Of a DNA stretch of 64,000 nucleotides, positions 9,401 to 19,074 are shown one piece after another; position 1 is the first letter of the stretch; each line of letters starts with the position of its first letter. Position numbers and translations under genes: made by a program. The stretch is taken from contig OZ245843.1 in assembly GCA_965228875.1 (NCBI GenBank), positions 2,772,616 to 2,836,615 on the forward strand, given 5' to 3'. The notes below the pieces were generated by a model. It was given only the letters and a program-made list of their open reading frames with translations, was not told the origin of the DNA and searched no databases. The DNA comes from Thalassobaculaceae bacterium. Lineage in GTDB: Bacteria > Pseudomonadota > Alphaproteobacteria > Thalassobaculales > Thalassobaculaceae.

Positions 9401-10444
9401 TCAGCCGGTCCGGCGACGACGCGCGCGGCGACGGCCGCCCTCACCCTCGATACTCTGCGGCGTGGCGTCGGTCAGGCGCCCGCCCTTCGCCCAGGGGGCG
9501 CCGAGTTCGGCGGTGACGCGCTCGATGGTCGGCCGCTCGCCCGGTACGTAGCCCTCGAGAGCCTCCGCGATGGCACGCACGTGGTCGGGCCTGGATCCGC
9601 AGCAGCCGCCGACGATCCGCGCTCCGGCGTCGCGCACGATCCGGGCGTACACCGCCATCGCCTCCGGCGTGCCGTCATAGACGATCGCACCGTCGACATA
9701 CTGGGGAATGCCGCAATTGCCCTTCGCGACCACGATGGCCTCGGGATCGGCGGCCGTGAGCCCGAGCACGGTCTCGGCCAGCTCCGACGGCCCGACGCCG
9801 CAATTGGCGCCGATCGCCGTCGGTCCGACTGGCAGGGCGCGGGCGAGAACGGCGAAATCGGCCGGCGTCAGCCCCATCATGGTCCGCGCATTGGTGTCGA
9901 AGGTCATGGTGGCGACGATCGGCAGACCTGTGCGCGCCGCGCCGGCCACGGCGGCCGACATCTCCTCGGCCGAGGAGATCGTCTCGATCCACAGCACGTC
10001 CGCCCCACCCTCGGCCAGCCCCTCTGCCTGGGCGGCGAAGGCGGCCTCCGCGGTCTCCGGCGTCAGCGCGCCGAGCGGCTCGAACAGCTCCCCGGTCGGC
10101 CCCATGGAGCCCGCGACCAGGCAGGTCCGACCGGTCTCATCGCGCCAGGCGTCGACCGCTCCGCGGCAGACGCGGGCGGCGGCGGCATTCAGCTCGGTCA
10201 CCCGATCCTGGGCGTCGTGCAGCTTCAGACGATGGGCGGTACCGCCGAAACTGTTGGTCAGCACGATGTCGGAGCCGGCCTCCAGGAAACCGCGATGGAC
10301 CTTCGCCACCTTGTCCGGGGCATCGACGTTCCAGAGCTCCGGCGAGTTGCCGGTCTCCAGGCCAAGTGGAAACAGGTTGGTGCCCATTGCCCCGTCGGCG
10401 ATCAGATGGCCCCGCTCTTCCAGAAGCCGCTCGAGAATGTTCAT
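9401..10444 (-). CDS. bmt: Betaine-homocysteine S-methyltransferase (homocysteine-binding domain)
   Basis: DGAMGT, TNSFG, GSMGP, GANCG and GGCCG Zn-binding motifs. Confidence 0.85.
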   Translation of the reverse strand: MNILERLLEERGHLIADGAMGTNLFPLGLETGNSPELWNVDAPDKVAKVHRGFLEAGSDIVLTNSFGGTAHRLKLHDAQDRVTELNAAAARVCRGAVDAWRDETGRTCLVAGSMGPTGELFEPLGALTPETAEAAFAAQAEGLAEGGADVLWIETISSAEEMSAAVAGAARTGLPIVATMTFDTNARTMMGLTPADFAVLARALPVGPTAIGANCGVGPSELAETVLGLTAADPEAIVVAKGNCGIPQYVDGAIVYDGTPEAMAVYARIVRDAGARIVGGCCGSRPDHVRAIAEALEGYVPGERPTIERVTAELGAPWAKGGRLTDATPQSIEGEGGRRRARRRRTG

Positions 10445-10466
10445 CGGTCCTGTCCTCTTCGGCCGC

Positions 10467-10715
10467 CTAGTCGGAGGTATCGGCCAGACGGCGGCGTCTG
10501 GTCACACGACGGCGGTTCACGCCGGCTTCGCTCTGGCGCTCACGCAGGGCCTCGAGCACCTCCAGGCGCCGGGGATCGTCGTAGCGCGACCAGTGGGCGA
10601 TCTCCTCCATGCTACGCCAGCAGCCGAGGCAGAACCGGGTCTCGCGGTCGATCGAGCAGACGCCGACGCAGGGGCTGGCGACGGTCGCGGGCGGGCGGGG
10701 AGCGTCACTTGTCAT
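10467..10715 (-). CDS. DUF1289 family small Cys-rich protein
   Basis: SPCVGVCSID...CLGCWRSMEEIAHW. Confidence 0.85.
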   Translation of the reverse strand: MTSDAPRPPATVASPCVGVCSIDRETRFCLGCWRSMEEIAHWSRYDDPRRLEVLEALRERQSEAGVNRRRVTRRRRLADTSD

Positions 10716-10841
10716 GGACGGCACTCTATCGGCTGGCGAAAGGGGCGCACAAAAGGAAAGCGACGCCGATGCATCCACCGGCGTCGCTTCCAGAAGAAAA
10801 TACGGTGGCCCGTCGGGTAACGGGCCGGCCAGTCCGCCGGA

Positions 10842-11411
10842 TCAGGCGGCCTTGGCGTCCTCGCCCTCATAGGCCTGGACGACGGCGACGAACGCATCCA
10901 TCGCGTCGCGCACGCCCTCGACACCGTTGGCGGTGACCAGCGCGCCCTCGACGACGAACGGGGTCGCCTCCCAGCTGGCGCCGGCAGCCTCGAGGTCGCC
11001 ACGAACGTCCTCGCTGGACGTCACGGTACGGCCCTTGACGGTCTCGGTCACGGCCAGCAGCTTGCCGGCGTCGCCAACGACGGCGACCGGCATCGAGGCG
11101 CGCATGAACGCCTTCAGCACACGCTGGCTGTGCGGGTCTTCCGCCAGCTTCTCGACAGCACGCAGGCCACCCGGGACGACCAGCCCGTCGTAATCGACCG
11201 CCAGCGTTTCGGCCAGATCGACGTCGACGGGGAAGAAGTGGCCCCAGGAACCCTCATACCAGCCGTTGACCAGGCCATTGGCGCGCGACACCACCTTGGT
11301 GGTCGCACCGGCCTCGATCAGCTTCTTCTGGGGCTCGGTGAACTCGATCTCGTCAAATCCGTTGGCGAGCATGATAGCGATGGTACGTCCGGCGAGCGGC
11401 TTATCTGCCAT
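10842..11411 (-). CDS. DJ-1/PfpI family protein lacking the catalytic Cys
   Basis: GFDEIEF, YDGLVVPGG, GRTVTS and LVTA; the expected ICHG elbow reads VGDA. Confidence 0.8.
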   Translation of the reverse strand: MADKPLAGRTIAIMLANGFDEIEFTEPQKKLIEAGATTKVVSRANGLVNGWYEGSWGHFFPVDVDLAETLAVDYDGLVVPGGLRAVEKLAEDPHSQRVLKAFMRASMPVAVVGDAGKLLAVTETVKGRTVTSSEDVRGDLEAAGASWEATPFVVEGALVTANGVEGVRDAMDAFVAVVQAYEGEDAKAA

Positions 11412-11646
11412 GCGGTCCTCCTCTCTGATGATAACGTGTCAGCCCGTCCGGCACCGGTCCTAGGGCGGCGCTCGGCGGGCGAAACGCGCGGCGTCCGAAA
11501 GTTCGGACCGCCGTTTGCGCGATGACGTTGTGGAAACTTGAACGCGTCACTTAGCGCCCCCCGTCGAAATTTTCAAGGGCGACGACAACGGCATTGTGCA
11601 TTGCAGCAGTAACGGATCCGTTAACGCCGCCGCTCCGTCCGCCGGA

Positions 11647-13305
11647 TTACGGCCGCGTCCACCGCCGCGCGCCCGCCCCCGCGAGAGCGAACGCCGCCAA
11701 TGGCAGGGCGACCTGAAGCAGTCCGTACGCGGCGATCACCCGACGATCGCCGCCCGACGAACGGGCCACCGCCTCGGTCGTCAGGGTCTCGACGCGACCG
11801 GCGCCGGCGAACAGGGTCGGCAGGTAGAGCGCGACCGAAACGGCGAATCCGACCGCCGCGGCGGTGAGAACCGGGCGGGCCAGCATCGGCAGCGTGACCC
11901 GGAACAGCGTCTCCGTCGGCCCGCGCCCCAGACTACGGGCGACGCAGACGTAGCGGGTGTCGAACCGCCGCCACGGTCCGGCCAACGACAGGAACACATA
12001 GGGCAGCACGAAGACGAGATGCGCCCACACCACCGCCGCCCAGCCGCCGTCGATCCGGCCAATCACCAGCAGCACCTGCACGCCGAACAGAAAGGCGACA
12101 TGCGGCACGATCAGCGGCGCATAGAGCAACCAGTCGACCGCCGGACCCGGTCGCCGGCCGAAACGGGTCTCGCGCTCAAGGCAGGCGATCACGAGGATCA
12201 GGGCCGTCGCGGTGGCGGCAAGGGCGACCGAGACGGTGGTCGCCGCCGCCGACAGCAGATCGCCACCGCCGCGCCGCCAACCGTCGAACGACAGGCCGGC
12301 CGGGAGCGCGTCCGGGAACCGCCAGGGACCGGCCACCGACCACAGCGCCAGCGCCGCGAGCGCCGCCATGGCCAGCGCGAGGGCCGTCGTCATCGAACCG
12401 AGCGCCACCACCCGCGCCACCGTCTCGCGCCGGCCACGGCCGCCGGCGCGAACCCAGAACCGGCCCAGGACACCGGCCGCCCGTTCCAGGACGATCCAGG
12501 AGGCAATCGCGGCGACGGCGACCGCCGCCTGCAGCAGGGCGCCGGCCGAGCCCACGAAACGGCGCGTCAGGTCCGGGTCGCCGACCCACTGCACCACCCG
12601 CACCGCCAGCGGCGCCGGTGTCGTCGGGCCCAGCACGATCGCCATGTCGACGGTCGACGTGGCGAAGGCGAGCACGGCAAAAACCGGCAGCCTGAGCCGC
12701 CCATAGAGCTGCGGCAGGACAGCCTTCAGCCAGGCGGTCATGGGCCGGTACCCCATGACCCGGGCGGTCGAGACGATCCGGTTCGCCGGCACGCTGTCGA
12801 GTGCGGCGAGCATCATCAGGAAGAGAAACGGCGTTTCCTTCAGAACCAGCGCCAGCGCCAGCGTCAGCCCGTGGGGATCGTGCACGATCAGCAGGTCCGG
12901 CGGCCGCTCCCAGCCGGTCGCCCAGGGCGAGACCAGGCGAACCGCCCAGCCGCTTGGGGCCACGAGAAAGGCAAGCCCGATAGCCAGGGTCACATGCGGC
13001 ACCGACAGCAGCGGCGATATCAGCCGCGTCCCGGCTGCAAACAGCCGCGTTCCCTGCCCGGCGGCGGCGAAACCGACGGCGAGCGCGAACGCTACGGCCG
13101 TCGACCCGAGGCCGACCGAGAACGACAGCCACACGCTGGCCGCCAGTCCCGGTTCCGCCAGCAGCGAGCGGAACGGCGCGAGCGACAGGGTATCGCCGCC
13201 CAGCACCGGCAGCCATCCCAGCGCCGGGAGCACCGTTCCCACGATCCCGGCCACCACCGGCCCGACCATCACCAGCAAGGCGAGGACGGGAGCAAAGCGG
13301 ATCAT
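11647..13305 (-). CDS. ABC transporter permease, YnjC-like
   Basis: Two permease halves; LSVPHVTLAIG, KETPFL, ARSLG, LYLPT. Confidence 0.85.
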   Translation of the reverse strand: MIRFAPVLALLVMVGPVVAGIVGTVLPALGWLPVLGGDTLSLAPFRSLLAEPGLAASVWLSFSVGLGSTAVAFALAVGFAAAGQGTRLFAAGTRLISPLLSVPHVTLAIGLAFLVAPSGWAVRLVSPWATGWERPPDLLIVHDPHGLTLALALVLKETPFLFLMMLAALDSVPANRIVSTARVMGYRPMTAWLKAVLPQLYGRLRLPVFAVLAFATSTVDMAIVLGPTTPAPLAVRVVQWVGDPDLTRRFVGSAGALLQAAVAVAAIASWIVLERAAGVLGRFWVRAGGRGRRETVARVVALGSMTTALALAMAALAALALWSVAGPWRFPDALPAGLSFDGWRRGGGDLLSAAATTVSVALAATATALILVIACLERETRFGRRPGPAVDWLLYAPLIVPHVAFLFGVQVLLVIGRIDGGWAAVVWAHLVFVLPYVFLSLAGPWRRFDTRYVCVARSLGRGPTETLFRVTLPMLARPVLTAAAVGFAVSVALYLPTLFAGAGRVETLTTEAVARSSGGDRRVIAAYGLLQVALPLAAFALAGAGARRWTRP

Positions 13306-13356
13306 CGCGGGAACCGTCGGATGCGCCCGACGGTCCGGACGGCCGGAACCACCCCG

Positions 13357-14583
13357 CTACCGGCCGCCGGCGTAGCGGCGCTGCCACTCCGCCTCGAGCC
13401 AGCCGACCCAGCTTGGATGCGGTTCCGGCAGCACCGGCCCAAGTTCGGCCGGAGACAGGGTCGCGACCCCGAGCGGCAGGGCGGCGAAGCCGTCGCGGTC
13501 GGCCGGCGGCAGGGCCTTCACGTCGAGCACGGTGAAGTCGCCCCAGACGCCGGGATCCTGTTTGCGAATCTGGGCTTCGGGCGACATGAGAAAATCGGCG
13601 ACGACCATCGCCGCCTCGCGGCCAGCGGCGTTGTAGGGCACGGCGACGAAGTGGGTGTTGCCGATGCTGCCGCTGTCGAACACGAAGGTGCGCACGCTGT
13701 CCGGCAACTCCCCGGCGGCGATCGCCAGGCTGGCCCGGGCCGGGTTGAAGGCGAGCGCGAAGCTGACCTCGCCGTCCGCGAGCAGGCGACGCAGCGCGCC
13801 CTCGTCCGCCGGATACGCCCGGCCCCCGCGCCACAGATGCGGGCGCAGCGCGTCCAGATACTCCCACAGCGCCAGCGTGACCGTCGCCGCCGTCGCCGGT
13901 TCGACCGGCTTCGACAGCGCGGCGCGGTCGGTCGCCGTCATCAGCAGGATCTGCTTGAGGAACGTGGTACCGAGAAAGTCCGGCGGCTGCGGATAGGCGA
14001 AGCGACCTGGATGGGCGCGCGCCCAGGCCAGCAGGGCATCGGCGGTGCGCGGCGGCGCATCGACATAGGCGGTGTCGTAGATCACCGTGAGCTGCGCCAT
14101 GCCCCAGGGCGCCTCCAGGCCGTCGGTCGGCACCGAGAAGTCCACGACGGTCGTCGGCTTGCCGACGGTGTCGACCAGGGCGAAGTTCGGCGCACGCTCC
14201 ACCCAGGGGCCGTGCAGCAGGCCGTTCTCCTTCATCGCCGCGAAATTCTCGCCGTTGATCCAGATCAGGTCGACCGACCCGCCGGAATCCCGACCGGCCG
14301 CCTTCTCCGCCAGGACGCGGCCGACGGCATCGGCGGTGTCGGACAGTCCGACATGCACCAGGTCGATGCCGTACAGCGTGTCGACCCTCCCGCCGACCCA
14401 GGCGATGTAGGCATTGATCCGGTCGTCACCGCCCCAGGCATTGAAGTGAACGCGCTGTCCCTTCGCCGCCTCGACGATGGCGGGCCAGGGTCGGTCCTCG
14501 CCGGCGTCGGCCGTCGCCGGCATCGCAAGGACGGCAGCTGCTACGGCAACGCAGACAAGGGCAAACCGGCGCCAGACGGCCAT
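13357..14583 (-). CDS. ABC transporter substrate-binding protein, YnjB-like
   Basis: Signal peptide; FNAWGG, DLIWINGENF, YPQPPDFLG, GNTHFVAVP. Confidence 0.85.
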   Translation of the reverse strand: MAVWRRFALVCVAVAAAVLAMPATADAGEDRPWPAIVEAAKGQRVHFNAWGGDDRINAYIAWVGGRVDTLYGIDLVHVGLSDTADAVGRVLAEKAAGRDSGGSVDLIWINGENFAAMKENGLLHGPWVERAPNFALVDTVGKPTTVVDFSVPTDGLEAPWGMAQLTVIYDTAYVDAPPRTADALLAWARAHPGRFAYPQPPDFLGTTFLKQILLMTATDRAALSKPVEPATAATVTLALWEYLDALRPHLWRGGRAYPADEGALRRLLADGEVSFALAFNPARASLAIAAGELPDSVRTFVFDSGSIGNTHFVAVPYNAAGREAAMVVADFLMSPEAQIRKQDPGVWGDFTVLDVKALPPADRDGFAALPLGVATLSPAELGPVLPEPHPSWVGWLEAEWQRRYAGGR

Positions 14584-14720
14584 GGTCGAACTCCCGCACG
14601 ATCGATCGGAGACGGGATCGTAACCGTGACGACGGGCTCACCGCAGATCAAATCTGGGTCAGCGTTGCACTTCTGCAACACGCGGAAAGGGGAACGCCCG
14701 TCCGGGCCGGAAGGGGCAGA

Positions 14721-14795
14721 TGGAGCGGGTGATGGGAATCGAACCCACGACATACAGCTTGGGAAGCTGTCGTTCTACCACTGAACTACACCCGC
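14721..14795 (-). tRNA. tRNA-Gly (anticodon CCC)
   Basis: GCGGGTGTAGTTCAGTGGTAGAACGACAGCTTCCCAAGCTGTATGTCGTGGGTTCGATTCCCATCACCCGCTCCA folds as a cloverleaf with encoded CCA. Confidence 0.97.
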
Positions 14796-14942
14796 GTTGG
14801 ATGGCGAACATGCGCCAAGACGCGGTTCGGCGCAAGCGTCTTCGCCGCAACTGGTGACAATGCAAGACAATTGTGATAAACGTTTGTTCTGAAAGACTCT
14901 TGGCTCGGCAAAACGCCTCTATCTCGCAGAAATGGGAAAGCC

Positions 14943-16163
14943 ATGGCAACGGTAAACACTTCGGTCAGCGGACTGGGCGGCGTCGCCGTGGGCGGCGGTT
15001 CCGACATCCTGAACATCACCTCCGGAACGCTCGTCACCGCCTCCCTGAACAGCATCGTCGGCTATTCGAACATCAACATCACGGCGAACGCGGCACACGT
15101 CATCACCCTGCCGTCGACCGCGCTCGCCGACACGACCGGCACCGTCACGGTGACCGTCACCAGCACGATCGGCGTCACCTTCGGCGCCGCCAGCTTCACC
15201 GGCACCCAGCTCAAGACCAACGCCACCCTGTCGGAGGGCGACGACGCGGCGACCGGCGGACCGGACGACGACCTGCTGAGCGGGGGCGTCGGCGACGACA
15301 CCCTGTCCGGCGGCGCCGGCAACGGCGACGACATCCTGGTCGGCGGCGCCGGCCTCGACTCCCTGTTCGGCGCCAACGGCAATGACAGTCTGACCGGCGG
15401 CGACGACCGCGACCTGATCTACGGCAATGTCGGCGACGACCTGATCCTCGGCGGCAGCGCAGGCGATTCCGTGTTCGGCGGCCGCGGCGCCGACGTCATC
15501 AGCGGCGGCGAAGGATCCGACAGCCTGGTCGGCAACTCCGACGCCGACACGATCTACGGCGGCGACGGCGACGACTATCTCTACGGCAACACGGGGATCG
15601 ACCAGCTGTTCGGCAATACCGGCGCCGACACCCTGTTCGGCGGCCAGGGCAACGACATCCTCTACGGCGGAGTCGGCGACGATGTGGTCTACGGCAATCT
15701 CGGCAACGACTCGATGCAGGGCGGAGTTGGCGCCGACACCCTGTTCGGCGGCCAGGACAACGACACGCTGAGCGGATCGGCCGGCGCGGATGTGGTGTAC
15801 GGCAATCTCGGCGTCGACCTGATCCTCGGCAACGCCGACGGCGACAGCCTGTTCGGCGGTCAGGGCAACGATGTCCTTTCCGGCGGGGACGGGGCCGACT
15901 ACATCGCCGGCAACCGTGGCGACGACCTGATGGTCGGCGGCTCCGCGGGCGACACCTTTGCCCTGTTCAGCGGTGCCGGTGCCGATACGATCGGCGACTT
16001 CTCCTATGCCGAGGGCGACCGGCTGTCGATCTCGTCGTCGGTAACCTACTCGACCGCCGACAGCGGGGCCGGCGCGGTGGTCACCCTGTCGAGCGGCGCC
16101 ACCGTCACCCTCACGGGCATCTCCGCCTCCGCGATCACCAGCGACTGGTTCTCGATTGGCTGA
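14943..16163 (+). CDS. RTX/hemolysin-type calcium-binding repeat protein
   Basis: Long run of GGxGxD/YGNxGxD nonapeptides; Thr/Ser-rich N-terminus; C-terminal DTIGDF...TLTGI segment typical of type I secretion substrates. Confidence 0.85.
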   Translation: MATVNTSVSGLGGVAVGGGSDILNITSGTLVTASLNSIVGYSNINITANAAHVITLPSTALADTTGTVTVTVTSTIGVTFGAASFTGTQLKTNATLSEGDDAATGGPDDDLLSGGVGDDTLSGGAGNGDDILVGGAGLDSLFGANGNDSLTGGDDRDLIYGNVGDDLILGGSAGDSVFGGRGADVISGGEGSDSLVGNSDADTIYGGDGDDYLYGNTGIDQLFGNTGADTLFGGQGNDILYGGVGDDVVYGNLGNDSMQGGVGADTLFGGQDNDTLSGSAGADVVYGNLGVDLILGNADGDSLFGGQGNDVLSGGDGADYIAGNRGDDLMVGGSAGDTFALFSGAGADTIGDFSYAEGDRLSISSSVTYSTADSGAGAVVTLSSGATVTLTGISASAITSDWFSIG

Positions 16164-16800
16164 TGGCGCCCTTGCACTGGAAGGCGTCGGGCTGTCGGTC
16201 GCCGGCCGCCGACTATTCGGCCCGCTGACACTCGACGTGGCGCCGGGGAGCGTCGCGACGGTCATGGGTCCCAGCGGATCCGGCAAGTCGTCGCTGTTGT
16301 CGCTGGTCGCCGGTCTGCTCGACCCCGCGATCGCGGCGACCGGCGCCGTGCGGATCGGCGGCGACCCGATCCTCCACCTGCCCCCGGAGCGGCGCGGCAT
16401 CGGCCTGCTTTTTCAGGACGATCTGCTTTTCCCGCATCTGAACGTCCGGGACAACCTGCTGTTCGGCGTGCCCGACCGCCTGCCGGCCGCCGACCGTCTC
16501 GCCCTGGTGACGGAAGCGCTCGAGGAGGCGGAACTGACCGGCTTCGAGGGTCGGGATCCGGCGACACTGTCGGGCGGCCAGCGCACGCGGGTGGCGCTGA
16601 TGCGCACGCTGCTGTCGCGACCCCGGGCGCTGCTGCTGGACGAGCCGTTCAGCCGGCTCGACCACGCCCTGCGCGACCGTATCCGCCGTTTCGTCTTCGA
16701 CCACGCCACCCGGCGCCGGCTGCCGGTGCTTCTGGTCACCCACGATCCGGACGACGCAGCCGCCGCCGGCGGCGTCCGCGTGGAACTGAGCCCGACCTGA
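16156..16800 (+). CDS. ABC transporter ATP-binding protein, YnjD-like
   Basis: [31 protein letters not shown]; the start codon is uncertain. Confidence 0.85.
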   Translation: MADGALALEGVGLSVAGRRLFGPLTLDVAPGSVATVMGPSGSGKSSLLSLVAGLLDPAIAATGAVRIGGDPILHLPPERRGIGLLFQDDLLFPHLNVRDNLLFGVPDRLPAADRLALVTEALEEAELTGFEGRDPATLSGGQRTRVALMRTLLSRPRALLLDEPFSRLDHALRDRIRRFVFDHATRRRLPVLLVTHDPDDAAAAGGVRVELSPT

Positions 16801-16815
16801 CGCCGGACCTCTCGT

Positions 16816-16852
16816 CGGGCCGTATTGCTCCGGGCCGTATTGCTCCGGGCCG
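16816..16852. repeat. 15-bp tandem direct repeat (about 2.5 copies)
   Basis: CGGGCCGTATTGCTC x2 plus CGGGCCG. Confidence 0.8.
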
Positions 16853-16894
16853 GTTCCGGCGGCACCCTGTACGGACTGCCACAGGAGACGGTCG

Positions 16895-17287
16895 ATGTAT
16901 TCCGAGACCACGCGCGACATCCGGGTCACCGTGACCCCGATCTATCTCGAGGGACAGTCCAATCCCGAGGATGACCACTACGTCTGGGCCTATCAGGTGC
17001 GGATCGAGAACACCGGGGCGGAGACCGTTCGCTTGCGCACCCGCCACTGGCGGATCACCGACGCCTTCGGGCGCACCCAGGAGGTCCGCGGCCCGGGCGT
17101 GGTCGGCGAGCAGCCTCTCCTGGGGCCGGGCGAGCAGTTCGAGTACACCAGCGGCTGCCCGCTGCCGACGCCATCGGGCCTGATGGTCGGCACCTATGCG
17201 ATGGAGGATGCCGGCGGGGCGCTGTTCGACGTCGCCATCCCCGCGTTCTCGCTCGACAGCCCCCACGGGGCCGTGCGGCCGAACTGA
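16895..17287 (+). CDS. apaG: ApaG protein
   Basis: [28 protein letters not shown]. Confidence 0.95.
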   Translation: MYSETTRDIRVTVTPIYLEGQSNPEDDHYVWAYQVRIENTGAETVRLRTRHWRITDAFGRTQEVRGPGVVGEQPLLGPGEQFEYTSGCPLPTPSGLMVGTYAMEDAGGALFDVAIPAFSLDSPHGAVRPN

Positions 17288-17487
17288 TGCCGCCACGCGC
17301 TCGCGCGGCGATCACGCACGCTTTATCGCCGGTTTCCGAGGCGCGCTTTGATCCGAACGCGCGCTTCGTCGTATAAGAACGAGACCGCACGCCGAAAGGC
17401 GCAATTCGGCAACTGGCTCTGTCCCCGTCACACCAAGCCCGGCGCGACGATCAGGGATACCCCCTCCCGAAGCAAAGGACCCCCCGA

Positions 17488-18120
17488 ATGACCCGCTATG
17501 ACCAAGCCCTCGCCGTGACCGAGGCCGGAACCGTCGCGTCCACCAGCAGTCGCCCGTCCCGCGAACAGGCGGAACGCGCGGTGCGGACGCTGATCGAGTT
17601 CGTCGGCGAAGATCCGGACCGCGAGGGACTGCAGGACACCCCCAAACGGGTGGTCAAGTCGTACGAGGAACTGTTCTCCGGCTACCTGTATGACCCGGCC
17701 GACATCCTGGCCCGCACCTTCGAGGAGGTGGAGGAGTACGACGAGATCGTGCTTCTGCGCGACGTCCGGTTCGAGTCCTTCTGCGAACACCACATGCTGC
17801 CGATCATCGGCACCGCCCATGTCGCCTACTTCCCGAACGACCGGGTGGTCGGCATCTCCAAGCTGGCCCGGGTGATCGACGCCTACGCCAAGCGGATGCA
17901 GATCCAGGAACGCCTCACGGCCCAGATCGCCCAGGCGATCGAGAGCGTCCTGCAACCGCGTGGCGTCGCGGTGTTCATCGAGTCCGAGCACCACTGCATG
18001 AGCACGCGCGGCGTCCACAAGCCCGGGGTGAGCATGATCACCACCCGAATGCTCGGCTGCTTCAAGGACGATGCCGATCGCCGGCGCGAGTTCTATCAGA
18101 TGATCGGCAGGTCCGCGTAG
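17488..18120 (+). CDS. folE: GTP cyclohydrolase I
   Basis: [37 protein letters not shown]. Confidence 0.95.
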   Translation: MTRYDQALAVTEAGTVASTSSRPSREQAERAVRTLIEFVGEDPDREGLQDTPKRVVKSYEELFSGYLYDPADILARTFEEVEEYDEIVLLRDVRFESFCEHHMLPIIGTAHVAYFPNDRVVGISKLARVIDAYAKRMQIQERLTAQIAQAIESVLQPRGVAVFIESEHHCMSTRGVHKPGVSMITTRMLGCFKDDADRRREFYQMIGRSA

Positions 18121-18227
18121 CGACGACGCGGCAGGCCGTGGGCGGCGGGCGACCGCGTCCCGCCCTTGCGCCCACCTTCGGCGCCCCCATTTATACAAGA
18201 TAACTCTTGTTAAAAAGGGGCGTCGCC

Positions 18228-18686
18228 ATGGTCGTGCCGATCACCAGTCTTTACGAAGCACACCTGACGGTCCGGGACCTGGATCGCTCGATCGCGTTCT
18301 ACCGCGACGTACTCGGCCTGCCGCTGGCCCATGTGCTGCCGGCGCGAAACGTCGCCTTCTTCTGGGTCCCCAGGGCGGAGACGGCGATGCTTGGCCTGTG
18401 GGGCGTCGGAAGCGCGCCGATGGGCATGAACCTGCACATCGCCTTTTCGGTCGGGCTCGAGGATCTGGAGCGATCGGTCCAGGCGCTGCGGGACGCGGGT
18501 CTGAGGCCGCATTTCAACGGCACGCCGATCGACGAGCCGGTCGTCCTCGCCTGGATGCCCGCCGCAAGCGTGTATTTCCAGGACCCGGACGGGCATTCGC
18601 TGGAGTTCATCACCCTGCTGACGGACCAGCCCCGTCCGGGCACGCGGACCATGCCGCTGTCGGAGTGGCGGGCACAGGAAGGCTGA
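18228..18686 (+). CDS. VOC/glyoxalase family protein
   Basis: EAHLTVRDLDRSIAFY, HIAF, YFQDPDGHSLE. Confidence 0.9.
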   Translation: MVVPITSLYEAHLTVRDLDRSIAFYRDVLGLPLAHVLPARNVAFFWVPRAETAMLGLWGVGSAPMGMNLHIAFSVGLEDLERSVQALRDAGLRPHFNGTPIDEPVVLAWMPAASVYFQDPDGHSLEFITLLTDQPRPGTRTMPLSEWRAQEG

Positions 18687-18729
18687 CGTTCCCCCGCCAC
18701 CCGTCGGTAGTGTCTCAGTTTGAAATTGG

Positions 18730-19074
18730 CTATTCGTCAGTGCTCGTCATCTTTCCGGTCACGCGATCCACGGTGCGCGACAGAAGCTTCGCAATCTCCT
18801 CCATACCCATGCGCTGGGCGAGCGGGATCAATATGAGAAGCTCAAGCAAGACGAGGGCAATCGGCCCAGTAAACGTCGGCATTACCGAGAAGAACACGAC
18901 GTCCAGTAACAACACGATCATAACTAGGAAAACGAATCGCTCCTCCTTCCGAGCGTCGCTTTCATACGTAAGCTTCTTTTGAAGCTCTTCAATTTGCTGA
19001 TCTTTTTTCGTCGGTTGCTCAACAAGCAACTCGTCGAACCCATCATCCAGCTTGTCGTTGAGCCCGGAAGGCAT
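18730..19074 (-). CDS. Candidate membrane toxin (PanT-like): coiled-coil plus two TM segments
   Basis: Overlaps the 3' end of the upstream Panacea gene; charged helical N-terminus, then FVFLVMIVLLLDVVFFSV and IALVLLELLILIPLA. Toxin role is inferred. Confidence 0.6.
   Translation of the reverse strand: MPSGLNDKLDDGFDELLVEQPTKKDQQIEELQKKLTYESDARKEERFVFLVMIVLLLDVVFFSVMPTFTGPIALVLLELLILIPLAQRMGMEEIAKLLSRTVDRVTGKMTSTDE

Noticed and set aside
11609..11625. CtrA box
   Set aside because: Half-site spacing and sequence do not fit TTAA-N7-TTAA.
11596..14784. Long antisense ORFs (also 1171-3720, 38510-40834, 55534-59454 and others)
   Set aside because: Typical high-GC shadow ORFs opposite well-supported genes, with no recognisable motifs.
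14600..14800. Genomic island integrated at tRNA-Gly
   Set aside because: No integrase and no duplicated tRNA 3' end were seen in the window.
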